From the NCBI GenBank assembly GCA_035546615.1, contig DASZWM010000004.1, forward strand, positions 1-11,143: 11,143 nt of DNA, written 5' to 3'. Source of the DNA: Minisyncoccota bacterium (GTDB taxonomy: Bacteria > Patescibacteriota > Minisyncoccia > Phycocordibacterales > SBAW01). Positions 1-7,465 of this stretch are shown one piece after another. A program made the position numbers and the translations under genes. Position 1 is the first letter of the stretch, and every line of letters starts with the position of its first letter. The notes beneath the pieces are model-generated. The model worked only from the letters and a program-made list of their open reading frames with translations. It did no database searches and was not told where the DNA came from.

Positions 1-188
<188 letters not shown>

Positions 189-405
189 CCTTTACAGAGG
201 GAGAGAATCCTTGGGAATCGCAATAATCTGTTGTTCTTTCTTTACCTGGCAGCGCGCTTCGTTGTCGAACTGCGCTTCAAAACGCTCGCCGTACTCAAGT
301 ACGTCTCGCGCCCTGAAGCTTGTTCTCCTAGAATCGCATCTGCCATGAAAAGAAATCTTGTTTTACCTGCGTTTGTGAGTTTCGTTGAGGAGGAGAAAGA
401 AAAAA

Positions 406-648
406 ATGGCAAAATTTGTCATCAGGTACGTTGTGTTCTTCAAATCGCTCTCGAACCGTGGCAGGACCAACCTGCGTCCGGGGAAATCTGTCCGTCCTGT
501 TGCCGCTACTTTTGATGCTTCGGATCTCGAAGCCGGAAAGATTGAAGCGGCTCGGCGATGGGGGGAGTTGAAACAAAAATGGGGAGACGAAATTGAGTTT
601 CGAAACCTCGAACAAGTAGCCCTGGTGGACTGGCGTCCTCAAGGATAA
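406..648 (+). CDS. Hypothetical small protein (80 aa) encoded inside the 23S-5S intergenic spacer
   Basis: ATG at 406 is preceded by a strong SD (GAGGAGGAG, 9-17 nt upstream). The open frame runs to TAA 646-648 (MAKFVIRYVVFFKSLSNRGRTNLRPGK...). A longer version from ATG 385 is possible. No recognisable family. The location is unusual, so confidence in real coding is only moderate. Confidence 0.4.
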   Translation: MAKFVIRYVVFFKSLSNRGRTNLRPGKSVRPVAATFDASDLEAGKIEAARRWGELKQKWGDEIEFRNLEQVALVDWRPQG

Positions 649-652
649 GACA

Positions 653-695
653 AGTCAAGCACGATTGAGAAGTTGGGCACACTTCTCGCTTGACT
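653..695 (+). other. Nested RNA stem-loop in the 23S-5S spacer (candidate processing stem)
   Basis: The outer 8-bp helix AGTCAAGC (653-660) pairs with GCTTGACT (688-695). The inner 7-bp helix GAGAAGT (667-673) pairs with ACTTCTC (681-687) around a 7-nt loop. There is no downstream T-run, so it is not a classical terminator. Confidence 0.35.
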
Positions 696-730
696 CCTCA
701 ATGAAGCTCGCAAATCGATTAAGTTTTTTG

Positions 731-847
731 TCTTGGTGGCTCAACGGTGGGGTCACACCCGTTCTCATTCCGAACACGGAAGTTAAGCCTACTAGTGGCG
801 ATGGTAGTCAGGGTCACACCTGGCGAGAGTAGCTAGCCGCCGGGACA
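731..847 (+). rRNA. rrf: 5S rRNA
   Basis: The ~117-nt element contains the 5S loop motifs CCGTTCTCATTCCGAACACGGAAGTTAAGC, GCGATGGTAGT and GGCGAGAGTAG. Terminal helix I is formed by CTTGGTGGC pairing with GCCGCCGGG. Confidence 0.85.
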
Positions 848-873
848 AAGAACTGAATCTACACAGCATAGCC

Positions 874-894
874 CGCGCCGTGTGCGCGTTTTTT
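874..894 (+). terminator. Rho-independent terminator candidate after 5S
   Basis: A GC-only 5-bp stem, CGCGC (874-878) pairing with GCGCG (884-888), encloses a 5-nt loop and is followed by TTTTTT (889-894). Confidence 0.45.
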
Positions 895-915
895 CGTATG
901 CGATACAATATATAG

Positions 916-1668
916 ATGGCACTCTCCTGGAGCGATCGCAGAAAGACTCTTTACTACGCGGTCGCGGGCGTTATCGCCCTCCTTGTATTAGGAACCGTGT
1001 GGCGTGTCTTTTTCGTCCATACGCCGACCTGTTTTGATGGCGTGCGGAACGGGCTCGAGCTCGGCATCGACTGCGGCGGCGCGTGCAGCCTTATTTGCAC
1101 CGACCAGGCAAAGGCGCCTACGGTCTTGTGGGCACGCAGCTTCGAGATAGCGTCAAGCACCTACACCGCAGCCGCATACATACAAAACCCCAACAGCGGC
1201 GCCGGCGCGCGGGCGGCGCGATACTCCTTCCAGCTTTTTGATGACAAGAACATCCTCGTCGTCGCGAAGGACGGCGTGGTGGATCTCCCGCCGGTGCGTA
1301 CTATCCCTATCATTGAGGCAGGCATCGACGTGGGCCACCGCACGGTGGCACGCACACTCTTTTCTTTCTCCGCGCTTCCAGCCTGGGATACGGTCACTGC
1401 CCCCATTCCCGTACTTCATCTGACCCAGCAGAACCTGAGCCAGGACGCCTCGCGGCTTTCGGCGAACGTGGTCAACGACTCCGCGCAGGATGCAGAGCGT
1501 GTCGTAATCGCGGTGGTGCTGTTTGACGGGTCGGGCGTCGCACGCGCGGCGTCCAAGACCACTATTGCCTCGCTTCCGCGCAAGGCGTCCAAACCCATCG
1601 TCTTTACCTGGCCCGGCGGAGTACCGGGCATCGTACGCGCCGAGATGACGATATTGCCCGCATTCTAA
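916..1668 (+). CDS. Hypothetical membrane-anchored protein (250 aa) with one N-terminal TM helix, then a CX13CX3CX3C cluster and an extracytoplasmic domain
   Basis: Long ORF with GC-rich codon usage matching its neighbours. A hydrophobic segment spans residues 13-34. It ends 9 nt before the SEDS gene. No family was recognised by eye, and no SXXK motif is present, so it is not a bPBP. Confidence 0.6.
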   Translation: MALSWSDRRKTLYYAVAGVIALLVLGTVWRVFFVHTPTCFDGVRNGLELGIDCGGACSLICTDQAKAPTVLWARSFEIASSTYTAAAYIQNPNSGAGARAARYSFQLFDDKNILVVAKDGVVDLPPVRTIPIIEAGIDVGHRTVARTLFSFSALPAWDTVTAPIPVLHLTQQNLSQDASRLSANVVNDSAQDAERVVIAVVLFDGSGVARAASKTTIASLPRKASKPIVFTWPGGVPGIVRAEMTILPAF

Positions 1669-1677
1669 GCTCCCGCC

Positions 1678-2817
1678 ATGGCTGAAAAGATAATCAAGGG
1701 CGCGATAGACTGGCCTTCCTTCGGCGCGGCGCTCGCGCTGTCGCTCTTGGGACTCGTCACGATGAGCTCGTTCACCGGAGACGACCCGTTCTTCGTAAAG
1801 CAGGCGATATTGATTTGCGTCGGTGTCGCGGCATTCTTTGTGGCGAGCCTGGTGGATTGGCGCATACTCCGGCGCAGCGGGGTGGCGGCCGGCATCTACG
1901 GCGCCGTGCTCGTGCCGCTCATCATTCTTATAGTCTTAGGCCATGCTACGCAGGGCGCCAAGAGCTGGTTTGACCTCGGACCCTTCGCGTTCCAGCCGGT
2001 GGAGTTCGTGAAGCTCGCGCTCATCATCACGCTCGCCAAATACTTCTCCCGCCGGCATACCGAGATCCGCCAGATACGCCATATCCTTATTTCCGGCGCA
2101 TACGCGGCGATCGTCTTCGTGCTCGTGGCGCTCCAGCCGGACTTCGGCTCCGCCATTATCATCTTTGCCATCTGGCTGAGCCTGGTGCTTCTTTCGGGCA
2201 TCTCAAAATGGCATCTCATCGGCGTGTTCCTGATAGGGCTCACCGCGTTCGGCGGCCTATGGCTTTTCGGCTTCCAGCCGTACCAGAAAGAGCGCATTCT
2301 CACGTTTCTCCACCCGCTTGCCGACATCCACGGCGCCGGCTACAACGCGTACCAGTCGACTGTCGCGGTCGGCTCGGGCGAGTTCTTGGGCAAGGGGATA
2401 GGGTACGGCACGCAGAGCAAGCTCCGATTCCTGCCGGAGTATCAGACCGACTTTATCTTCGCCGCATTCGCCGAGGAGTGGGGGTTCGTCGGCATCATTA
2501 TAGTCTTCTCGCTCTACGGCGTGCTGTTCTGGCGCATCGCATCCATAGCTGCCCGCGGCGCCACCAACTTCGAGACGCTCTTCGCGTTCGGCGTACTGTT
2601 CTACTTCCTCGCGCATTTCACCATACATGTCGGCATCAATATCGGATTGCTTCCCGTGACCGGCACGACGATTCCCTTTATGAGCTACGGCGGCTCGCAT
2701 CTCATCGTGGAGTTCGGCGCGCTCGGCATGCTCTCGGCCATGAAAAAGTATTCGCGCGCGGCGCCGCGGGAGGCGTTCGATCGCGAATTCAGCGGCGGCT
2801 ACGACGCGTTGCGCTAG
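1678..2817 (+). CDS. SEDS-family peptidoglycan glycosyltransferase (FtsW/RodA), 379 aa
   Basis: About 10 TM segments. SEDS hallmark blocks are present: ...QSTVAVGSGEFLGKGIGYGTQSKLRFLPEYQTDFIFAAFAEEWGF... and ...PVTGTTIPFMSYGGSHL... The sequence alone does not distinguish FtsW from RodA. Confidence 0.85.
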   Translation: MAEKIIKGAIDWPSFGAALALSLLGLVTMSSFTGDDPFFVKQAILICVGVAAFFVASLVDWRILRRSGVAAGIYGAVLVPLIILIVLGHATQGAKSWFDLGPFAFQPVEFVKLALIITLAKYFSRRHTEIRQIRHILISGAYAAIVFVLVALQPDFGSAIIIFAIWLSLVLLSGISKWHLIGVFLIGLTAFGGLWLFGFQPYQKERILTFLHPLADIHGAGYNAYQSTVAVGSGEFLGKGIGYGTQSKLRFLPEYQTDFIFAAFAEEWGFVGIIIVFSLYGVLFWRIASIAARGATNFETLFAFGVLFYFLAHFTIHVGINIGLLPVTGTTIPFMSYGGSHLIVEFGALGMLSAMKKYSRAAPREAFDREFSGGYDALR

Positions 2818-2822
2818 GCCGG

Positions 2823-3800
2823 CTATATACGGTACAGGGCAACGGTTTTTTCGAGCATCTGATCAAACGAGAACGTTTCCGGATCTTTGCTGTCGAGTAT
2901 TTCCCCGATGCCGCCCACGCGGTTGGCAACGATAGGAAGGCCGGCCGCTTTCGCTTCCAGCAGTACGTAGGGCAGGCCTTCCTTTATGGAAGGCAGAGCG
3001 AACGTGTCGAATCCGCGCAGTACTTCGCTTGCCGGCATGAAGCCGAACAGTTTTACCCGCTCCTCCAGCTTTGATTTCCGTATTTTCTCCTCAAGTTCTC
3101 CGCGCAGCTCGCCTTCGCCGACTATCGCTACGTACATATCAGTATGCTTTGCCGCCCGCTCGATAAGCGCGATCTGGTTTTTGTTTTTCGTCAGCTCGCC
3201 TATGGTGCCGGTGATCTTGGCGCCGGCAGGGAATGCCGTGCGGATCTTTTCTCCGGAACCCAGGTCTATCGGCTTGATGCCGTTGTAGATACGAACGACC
3301 TTGTGGCCGACGAGCGGCATCTTTCGCGCTACGCGCAGGTCGTAGTCGGATATGACGATGACATGGTGGGCCAACAGCGCGGTCGCCCAGGAAGCGAACC
3401 ATATCGCTGCGCGAGCAGCCCTGCTGCGCTTCTCCCAGAACGGCCAGCCATGCGCAGTGAAGATAATATTCGGCACGCCCGCCACTCGCGCGGCGAGGCT
3501 GCCGAGTCCGCCAACTTTCGAGCTGTTGAGATGCACGACATCCGGCTTCAACGTTTTGAACAGTCGGACTAATCCGCGAAAACTTCTGAAGTCCGCGCCG
3601 AAAGATACGTCGCGCTGGAGCGAGGAAATGTCGTGCGTTTTGACATCCGCCTTTTCGAGCATCTCGGCAAGCCTTCCTCGAGCGCCGAACGCGACTGTGA
3701 CATCAAATTCTTCCTTGGGTAGCGAGGTTGCAAGGTCGTACACATACCGCTGCGCTCCTCCAAAGTTGGCCTTAGTTATGACAAAAAGGATTTTCTTCAT
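2823..3800 (-). CDS. Glycosyltransferase family 4 (GT-B fold), 325 aa
   Basis: The N-terminal MKKILFVITKANFGGAQRYVYDLA is typical of the GT4 N-domain. The C-terminal EGLPYVLLEAKAAGLPIVA is the E-X7-E / nucleotide-sugar binding motif of retaining GT4 enzymes. The gene is convergent with the SEDS gene, 5 bp apart. Confidence 0.8.
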   Translation of the reverse strand: MKKILFVITKANFGGAQRYVYDLATSLPKEEFDVTVAFGARGRLAEMLEKADVKTHDISSLQRDVSFGADFRSFRGLVRLFKTLKPDVVHLNSSKVGGLGSLAARVAGVPNIIFTAHGWPFWEKRSRAARAAIWFASWATALLAHHVIVISDYDLRVARKMPLVGHKVVRIYNGIKPIDLGSGEKIRTAFPAGAKITGTIGELTKNKNQIALIERAAKHTDMYVAIVGEGELRGELEEKIRKSKLEERVKLFGFMPASEVLRGFDTFALPSIKEGLPYVLLEAKAAGLPIVANRVGGIGEILDSKDPETFSFDQMLEKTVALYRI

Positions 3801-3815
3801 GCAAATAGATGTAAC

Positions 3816-3848
3816 TTGAATATCTCAATACTTGTTGTACTATAGTAT
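3816..3848. promoter_or_regulatory. Divergent promoter region: perfect 10-bp palindrome TACTATAGTA (3838-3847) gives a TATAGT -10 hexamer on both strands; candidate -35 TTGAAT (3816-3821) for the + strand
   Basis: TATAGT at 3841-3846 lies 10 nt upstream of ATG 3857. The same hexamer reads on the - strand (complement of 3839-3844) toward the GT4 start at 3800. The -35 spacing is 19 nt, which is suboptimal. Confidence 0.3.
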
Positions 3849-3856
3849 CACCGTAT

Positions 3857-5212
3857 ATGGCAACCGCCTTTCGCCCCCGGACGCTCGTACTTTTCCTGGG
3901 GGACATACTCTTCTTCGCTTTCGCCCTTTGGCTTTCGCTCTATCTGCGCGCCTTCAGCGTCCCGGACCGCGACCTCTTCCTGTCCCACTTGCAGCCCTTC
4001 CTGCTTCTCTTTGCGGCGTGGGCAATCGTCTTCTTCATAGCGGGACTCTATGAGAGCCGCTCCATAATCCTCGCGCGCCGCGCGCTTTCGATGACGCTCC
4101 TGGTGGCGCAGACGTTCAATATAATCCTCGCGGCGCTCTTCTTTTTTGTCCTGCCGCTTTCTATTTTCGGCATTGCCCCCAAGGTCCTGCTTGCCATTTA
4201 TCTCCCGGTTTCTTTTGCGCTGGTGCTGGTGTGGCGCGTTGCTTTGTATCCCTGGCTTGGCTTCCAGAAGCCCGAGCAGGCGATAGCGGTTGGTTCGCGC
4301 CCGGAAGTGGCCGAGCTGGTGCATGCGCTCGACAATGCGCCGAATGCGCCAACCCGCGTGGCGGTGCATCTGGATCCTGCGAGCCCATCCGTCGTCGAGG
4401 ATATCAAGGTCGCTATTGCGCAATACAGGGCGAAGTTCGTCATCGCCGACTTCAACGACCCGCGCGTGGCTGCCGCATTCCCCGATATGTATAACTTCCT
4501 TTCGGTAGGCATCCGTTTCTTCGACGCGATGATGCTGTACGAGGAGGTGTTCGGCCGCATTCCGCTTTCCATCATCGACGAGCGCTGGCTTGCGCGGAAT
4601 GTCTCGCGCTACTCCAAGACCTGGTACGACCCGCTCAAGCGGTTTATGGATATACTCATCGGAGTGGCGGGAGGGATCATCTCGCTAGTGTTCTATCCTT
4701 TTATCATCCTCGCCATTAAGCTTGATGACGGAGGACCTCTATTTGTCTCTTTGCCGCGTATCGGTCAGGGCGGCAAAGTTATTCATATCCACAAATTTCG
4801 CAGCATGACCGGCAATGACGCGGGCGATTATGGAGCGGGTGGAACTACTAAGCTGGCCGTTACGCAGGTAGGCAAGATTCTTCGAAAAACCAGTCTCGAT
4901 GAGATACCGCAATTTTTAAATGTCCTTTTCGGGGAGCTTTCCCTTATCGGGCCTCGTCCGGAATCGCCTTCGCTCGTGGAGTTGTACGGCAAAGAGATAC
5001 CCTATTATCAAGCCCGTCATTTAATAAAGCCGGGCATTTCCGGATGGGCGCAGATCTATCAAGCCAACGATCCGCACCACGGCGCGGAAGTAGAAGCGAC
5101 GCGCGAGAAGCTTTCGTACGACCTCTACTACCTCAAGCACCGCTCGCTCATGCTGGATCTGGTTATCGCGCTCAAGACGGTAAAGAAACTTCTTATACGT
5201 AGCGGGATATAA
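3857..5212 (+). CDS. Polyprenyl-phosphate sugar phosphotransferase (WbaP/CpsE/WcaJ 'bacterial sugar transferase' family), 451 aa
   Basis: An N-terminal multi-TM region is followed by a C-terminal catalytic domain. That domain carries the family hallmarks KRFMDILIG..., [27 protein letters not shown] and [10 protein letters not shown]. Confidence 0.85.
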   Translation: MATAFRPRTLVLFLGDILFFAFALWLSLYLRAFSVPDRDLFLSHLQPFLLLFAAWAIVFFIAGLYESRSIILARRALSMTLLVAQTFNIILAALFFFVLPLSIFGIAPKVLLAIYLPVSFALVLVWRVALYPWLGFQKPEQAIAVGSRPEVAELVHALDNAPNAPTRVAVHLDPASPSVVEDIKVAIAQYRAKFVIADFNDPRVAAAFPDMYNFLSVGIRFFDAMMLYEEVFGRIPLSIIDERWLARNVSRYSKTWYDPLKRFMDILIGVAGGIISLVFYPFIILAIKLDDGGPLFVSLPRIGQGGKVIHIHKFRSMTGNDAGDYGAGGTTKLAVTQVGKILRKTSLDEIPQFLNVLFGELSLIGPRPESPSLVELYGKEIPYYQARHLIKPGISGWAQIYQANDPHHGAEVEATREKLSYDLYYLKHRSLMLDLVIALKTVKKLLIRSGI

Positions 5213-5220
5213 TCAGTCGC

Positions 5221-5943
5221 ATGATAGTAGATGGGAAAAAAATAGCCGAGGAGATTTTGGCTGATATCGGCGATTCTTTGCGCGGGCGTAAGCTCGGCAT
5301 TGTTATGGGCTCTTCCGACCCTGCGACGGAGTCTTTCATACGTATCAAATCGAAAGTGGCCGCGCGCCTTGGCGTGAAAGTCGTACACGGCGAATTTTCG
5401 AAACTCCTTACATCCTGCGACGGCATTATCGTGCAGCTGCCAATAGCAAACTCCGACGAATTGCTCGCTCAGCTTCCGGCTGACAAAGATGTCGACGCGC
5501 TCGGGCACGCGCCGAGCGTATTGCCCCCCGTGGCCGGAGCCGTTGCCGAAGTGCTCATGCGCCAGGGCGTGGACGTTGTGGGTAAAAAGATCGTCGTAGT
5601 GGGCGCCGGCAGGCTGGTCGGAAGACCGGCAGCTGAAATGCTCAAAGAAATGGGCGGGGAAGTCACAGTCGTTACGACAAACAGCGGCTCGCTTGAAGAA
5701 CTTAAGACTGCCGATGTTGTAGTGCTTGGGGCGGGGGATCCGGGCTTTATAAAGCCGGAGATGCTCAAGCAGGGAGTCGTTCTTATAGATGCAGGCACCA
5801 GCGAGTCGTCCGGCAAGCTCGCGGGCGATGCTGATCCTGCATGCGCTGATATCGCTTCTATATTTACACCTGTCCCAGGCGGTATAGGACCCATCGCCGT
5901 CGCGATGATATTCAAAAATCTGCTTGCCTTAGTGCAGAAGTAG
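5221..5943 (+). CDS. folD: Bifunctional 5,10-methylene-tetrahydrofolate dehydrogenase/cyclohydrolase FolD (compact 240-aa form)
   Basis: MIVDGKKIAEEI matches the FolD N-terminus. The SFIRIKSKV block carries the conserved catalytic Lys. QLP...DKDVDA, the VVGAGRLVGRP Rossmann segment and the C-terminal TPVPGGIGPIAVAMIF are also present. Confidence 0.8.
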   Translation: MIVDGKKIAEEILADIGDSLRGRKLGIVMGSSDPATESFIRIKSKVAARLGVKVVHGEFSKLLTSCDGIIVQLPIANSDELLAQLPADKDVDALGHAPSVLPPVAGAVAEVLMRQGVDVVGKKIVVVGAGRLVGRPAAEMLKEMGGEVTVVTTNSGSLEELKTADVVVLGAGDPGFIKPEMLKQGVVLIDAGTSESSGKLAGDADPACADIASIFTPVPGGIGPIAVAMIFKNLLALVQK

Positions 5944-5950
5944 AAGGTTA

Positions 5951-5980
5951 AATTCTGGACTTCGTAAGTCCAGAATTTTT
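5951..5980 (+). terminator. Rho-independent terminator after folD
   Basis: Perfect 12-bp stem, AATTCTGGACTT (5951-5962) pairing with AAGTCCAGAATT (5966-5977), with a 3-nt loop and running into TTTTT (5976-5980). The stop codon is at 5941-5943. Confidence 0.7.
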
Positions 5981-6026
5981 CCCGTGAAGCGTTGTTAAAA
6001 GGGCTTTTCTCTGCTATTCTCACCGC

Positions 6027-6092
6027 TATAATCTAGCGAAGCGAGCCAAATGAGAGTCCCTTTCATTTGGTCGCGAGCGACGATTATATAAT
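6027..6092 (+). promoter_or_regulatory. secDF upstream region: two consensus TATAAT hexamers (6027-6032 and 6087-6092) flanking a bulged 12-bp hairpin (6041-6074)
   Basis: TATAAT 6087-6092 lies 10 nt before ATG 6103 with no SD between, consistent with a leaderless or short-leader mRNA. TATAAT 6027-6032 would start a transcript roughly at the base of the hairpin: GCGA(G)CCAAATGA, a 9-nt loop, then TCATTTGGTCGC. No convincing -35 for either. Confidence 0.3.
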
Positions 6093-6102
6093 CTTAAATT
6101 CT

Positions 6103-7449
6103 ATGTTTGCTTTGCGCTATAGCGCCGTGGTCATCCTTATTATCGCGGGGGCATTGGGCTACTTCGTGTGGCACACCACCGGCGGGGGCGGCCGGTTCGA
6201 CTTCAAGCTGGGGCTCGACCTCTCCGGGGGTACCCACCTGGTCTACTCTGCCGACACCAGCACTATTGCGGCCGCGGATATTCCTGATGCTCTCATTGCG
6301 CTTCGCGAGGTTGTTGAGCGCCGCGTTAACGCCTTTGGCGTCGGCGAACCGGTCGTCCAGACCGAGCAGGGAGGCGCACTCGGAAGCGGCGAACACCGCC
6401 TGGTGGTGGAGCTCCCTGGCATAACTGATGTCGATGCCGCAGTGAAGATGATAGGCGCCACGCCGCTTCTTGAATTCAAGCTCGTGAAGGACGGATTTGC
6501 GGACAACCTCACGATTACTTCGACTACGTCGCCGGAGCAGACCATACCGAACCCTGCCGCGTTTACCGACACCGGCCTGACGGGCAAGTACCTTTCGCGC
6601 GCAACGCTCGAGTTCAACAAAGGAACCGGCAGCGTGGGGCTGACCCAGCCGGTCGTGCGCGTGGACTTTAACTCCGAGGGCACGAAGCTCTTCGGCGATA
6701 TCACGAGCGCCAATGTCGGCAAGCAGATAGCGATATTCCTCGACGGCACGATGGTGTCGGCGCCTACGGTTCAGGAAAAGATAACCGACGGCACAGCGAT
6801 AATTTCCGGCAACTTCTCCGCCGACTCCGCCAAGGAGCTCGTGCGCAACCTTAACTTGGGCGCCCTTCCGGTACCCATTACGCTTGCAAGTACGCAGTCT
6901 ATCGGCGCTATCCTCGGCGACGAGGCCGTACATGCGGGAATTCTCGCGGGCGTAGTCGGTTTCGTGGCGCTGTCGCTCTTCATGCTCTTCTGGTACCGCG
7001 TGCCGGGATTCGTTGCGGTCGTCTCGCTAACCATTTACGTCATCCTGATGCTGGTGCTCTTTAAGCTCATTCCGGTCGTGCTGACCGCCGCCGGCATCGC
7101 GGGCTTCATACTGTCCGTCGGCCTTGCCGTGGACGCCAACGTGCTTATTGCCGAGCGCATCAAGGAGGAGCTTGCCGCGGGCAAGAAGCTCGACCACGCC
7201 ATCCGCGAGGGCTTCGCGCGCGCCTGGCTCGCCATCCGCGACTCCAACATCGCGCACATCATCGCAGGCGTCATCCTGTTCTGGTTCGGCACGGCGCTCA
7301 TCAAGGGCTTCGCGCTGGTGTTCGGGCTCGGCGTCGTCGTGTCCATGTTCTCGGCTATCACCATCTCCCGCACGTTCCTGCTGGCGCTCGGCATCAATAC
7401 CGACAAGAAACTCGGCCACTTCCTGATGCGCTCCGGCCTTCGCAAGTAA
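6103..7449 (+). CDS. secD: Protein translocase subunit SecD (448 aa)
   Basis: N-terminal TM anchor, then GLDLSGGTHLVY. The large periplasmic domain is followed by a C-terminal 6-TM bundle (...IAERIKEELAAGKKLDHAIREGFARAWLAIRDSNIAHIIAGVILFWFG...). The start was chosen at ATG 6103; an in-frame TTG at 6067 would add 12 aa. Confidence 0.9.
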   Translation: MFALRYSAVVILIIAGALGYFVWHTTGGGGRFDFKLGLDLSGGTHLVYSADTSTIAAADIPDALIALREVVERRVNAFGVGEPVVQTEQGGALGSGEHRLVVELPGITDVDAAVKMIGATPLLEFKLVKDGFADNLTITSTTSPEQTIPNPAAFTDTGLTGKYLSRATLEFNKGTGSVGLTQPVVRVDFNSEGTKLFGDITSANVGKQIAIFLDGTMVSAPTVQEKITDGTAIISGNFSADSAKELVRNLNLGALPVPITLASTQSIGAILGDEAVHAGILAGVVGFVALSLFMLFWYRVPGFVAVVSLTIYVILMLVLFKLIPVVLTAAGIAGFILSVGLAVDANVLIAERIKEELAAGKKLDHAIREGFARAWLAIRDSNIAHIIAGVILFWFGTALIKGFALVFGLGVVVSMFSAITISRTFLLALGINTDKKLGHFLMRSGLRK

Positions 7450-7465
7450 CTTGAGATCTGATTTT

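Noticed and set aside
197-330. Minus-strand open frame reading ...RARDVLEYGERFEAQFDNEARCQVKKEQQIIAIPKDSLPL* that looks like a protein C-terminus
   Set aside because: Only ~56 codons between stops with no ATG/GTG/TTG start. At this GC content, open frames of this length arise by chance. A gene remnant remains possible but is unsupported.
328-642. Minus-strand 104-aa ORF in the 23S-5S spacer
   Set aside because: Antisense to the SD-preceded plus-strand ORF. The translation is S/P/F-rich and low-complexity, and there is no RBS, so the plus-strand ORF is the better candidate if either is real.
688-697. 10-mer GCTTGACTCC upstream of the 5S (688-697) identical to the -35 region of the 16S promoter (9925-9934), suggesting a second rRNA promoter
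   Set aside because: No acceptable -10 hexamer lies 16-18 nt downstream of 690-695. In an 11-kb window, tens of identical 10-mer pairs are expected by chance. The sequence is better explained as the 3' arm of the spacer stem-loop.
2208-3074. Plus-strand 288-aa ORF and minus-strand 147-aa ORF (2257..2700) overlapping the SEDS and GT4 genes
   Set aside because: Extremely Arg-rich composition in the wrong frame of two well-supported genes, so these are shadow ORFs.
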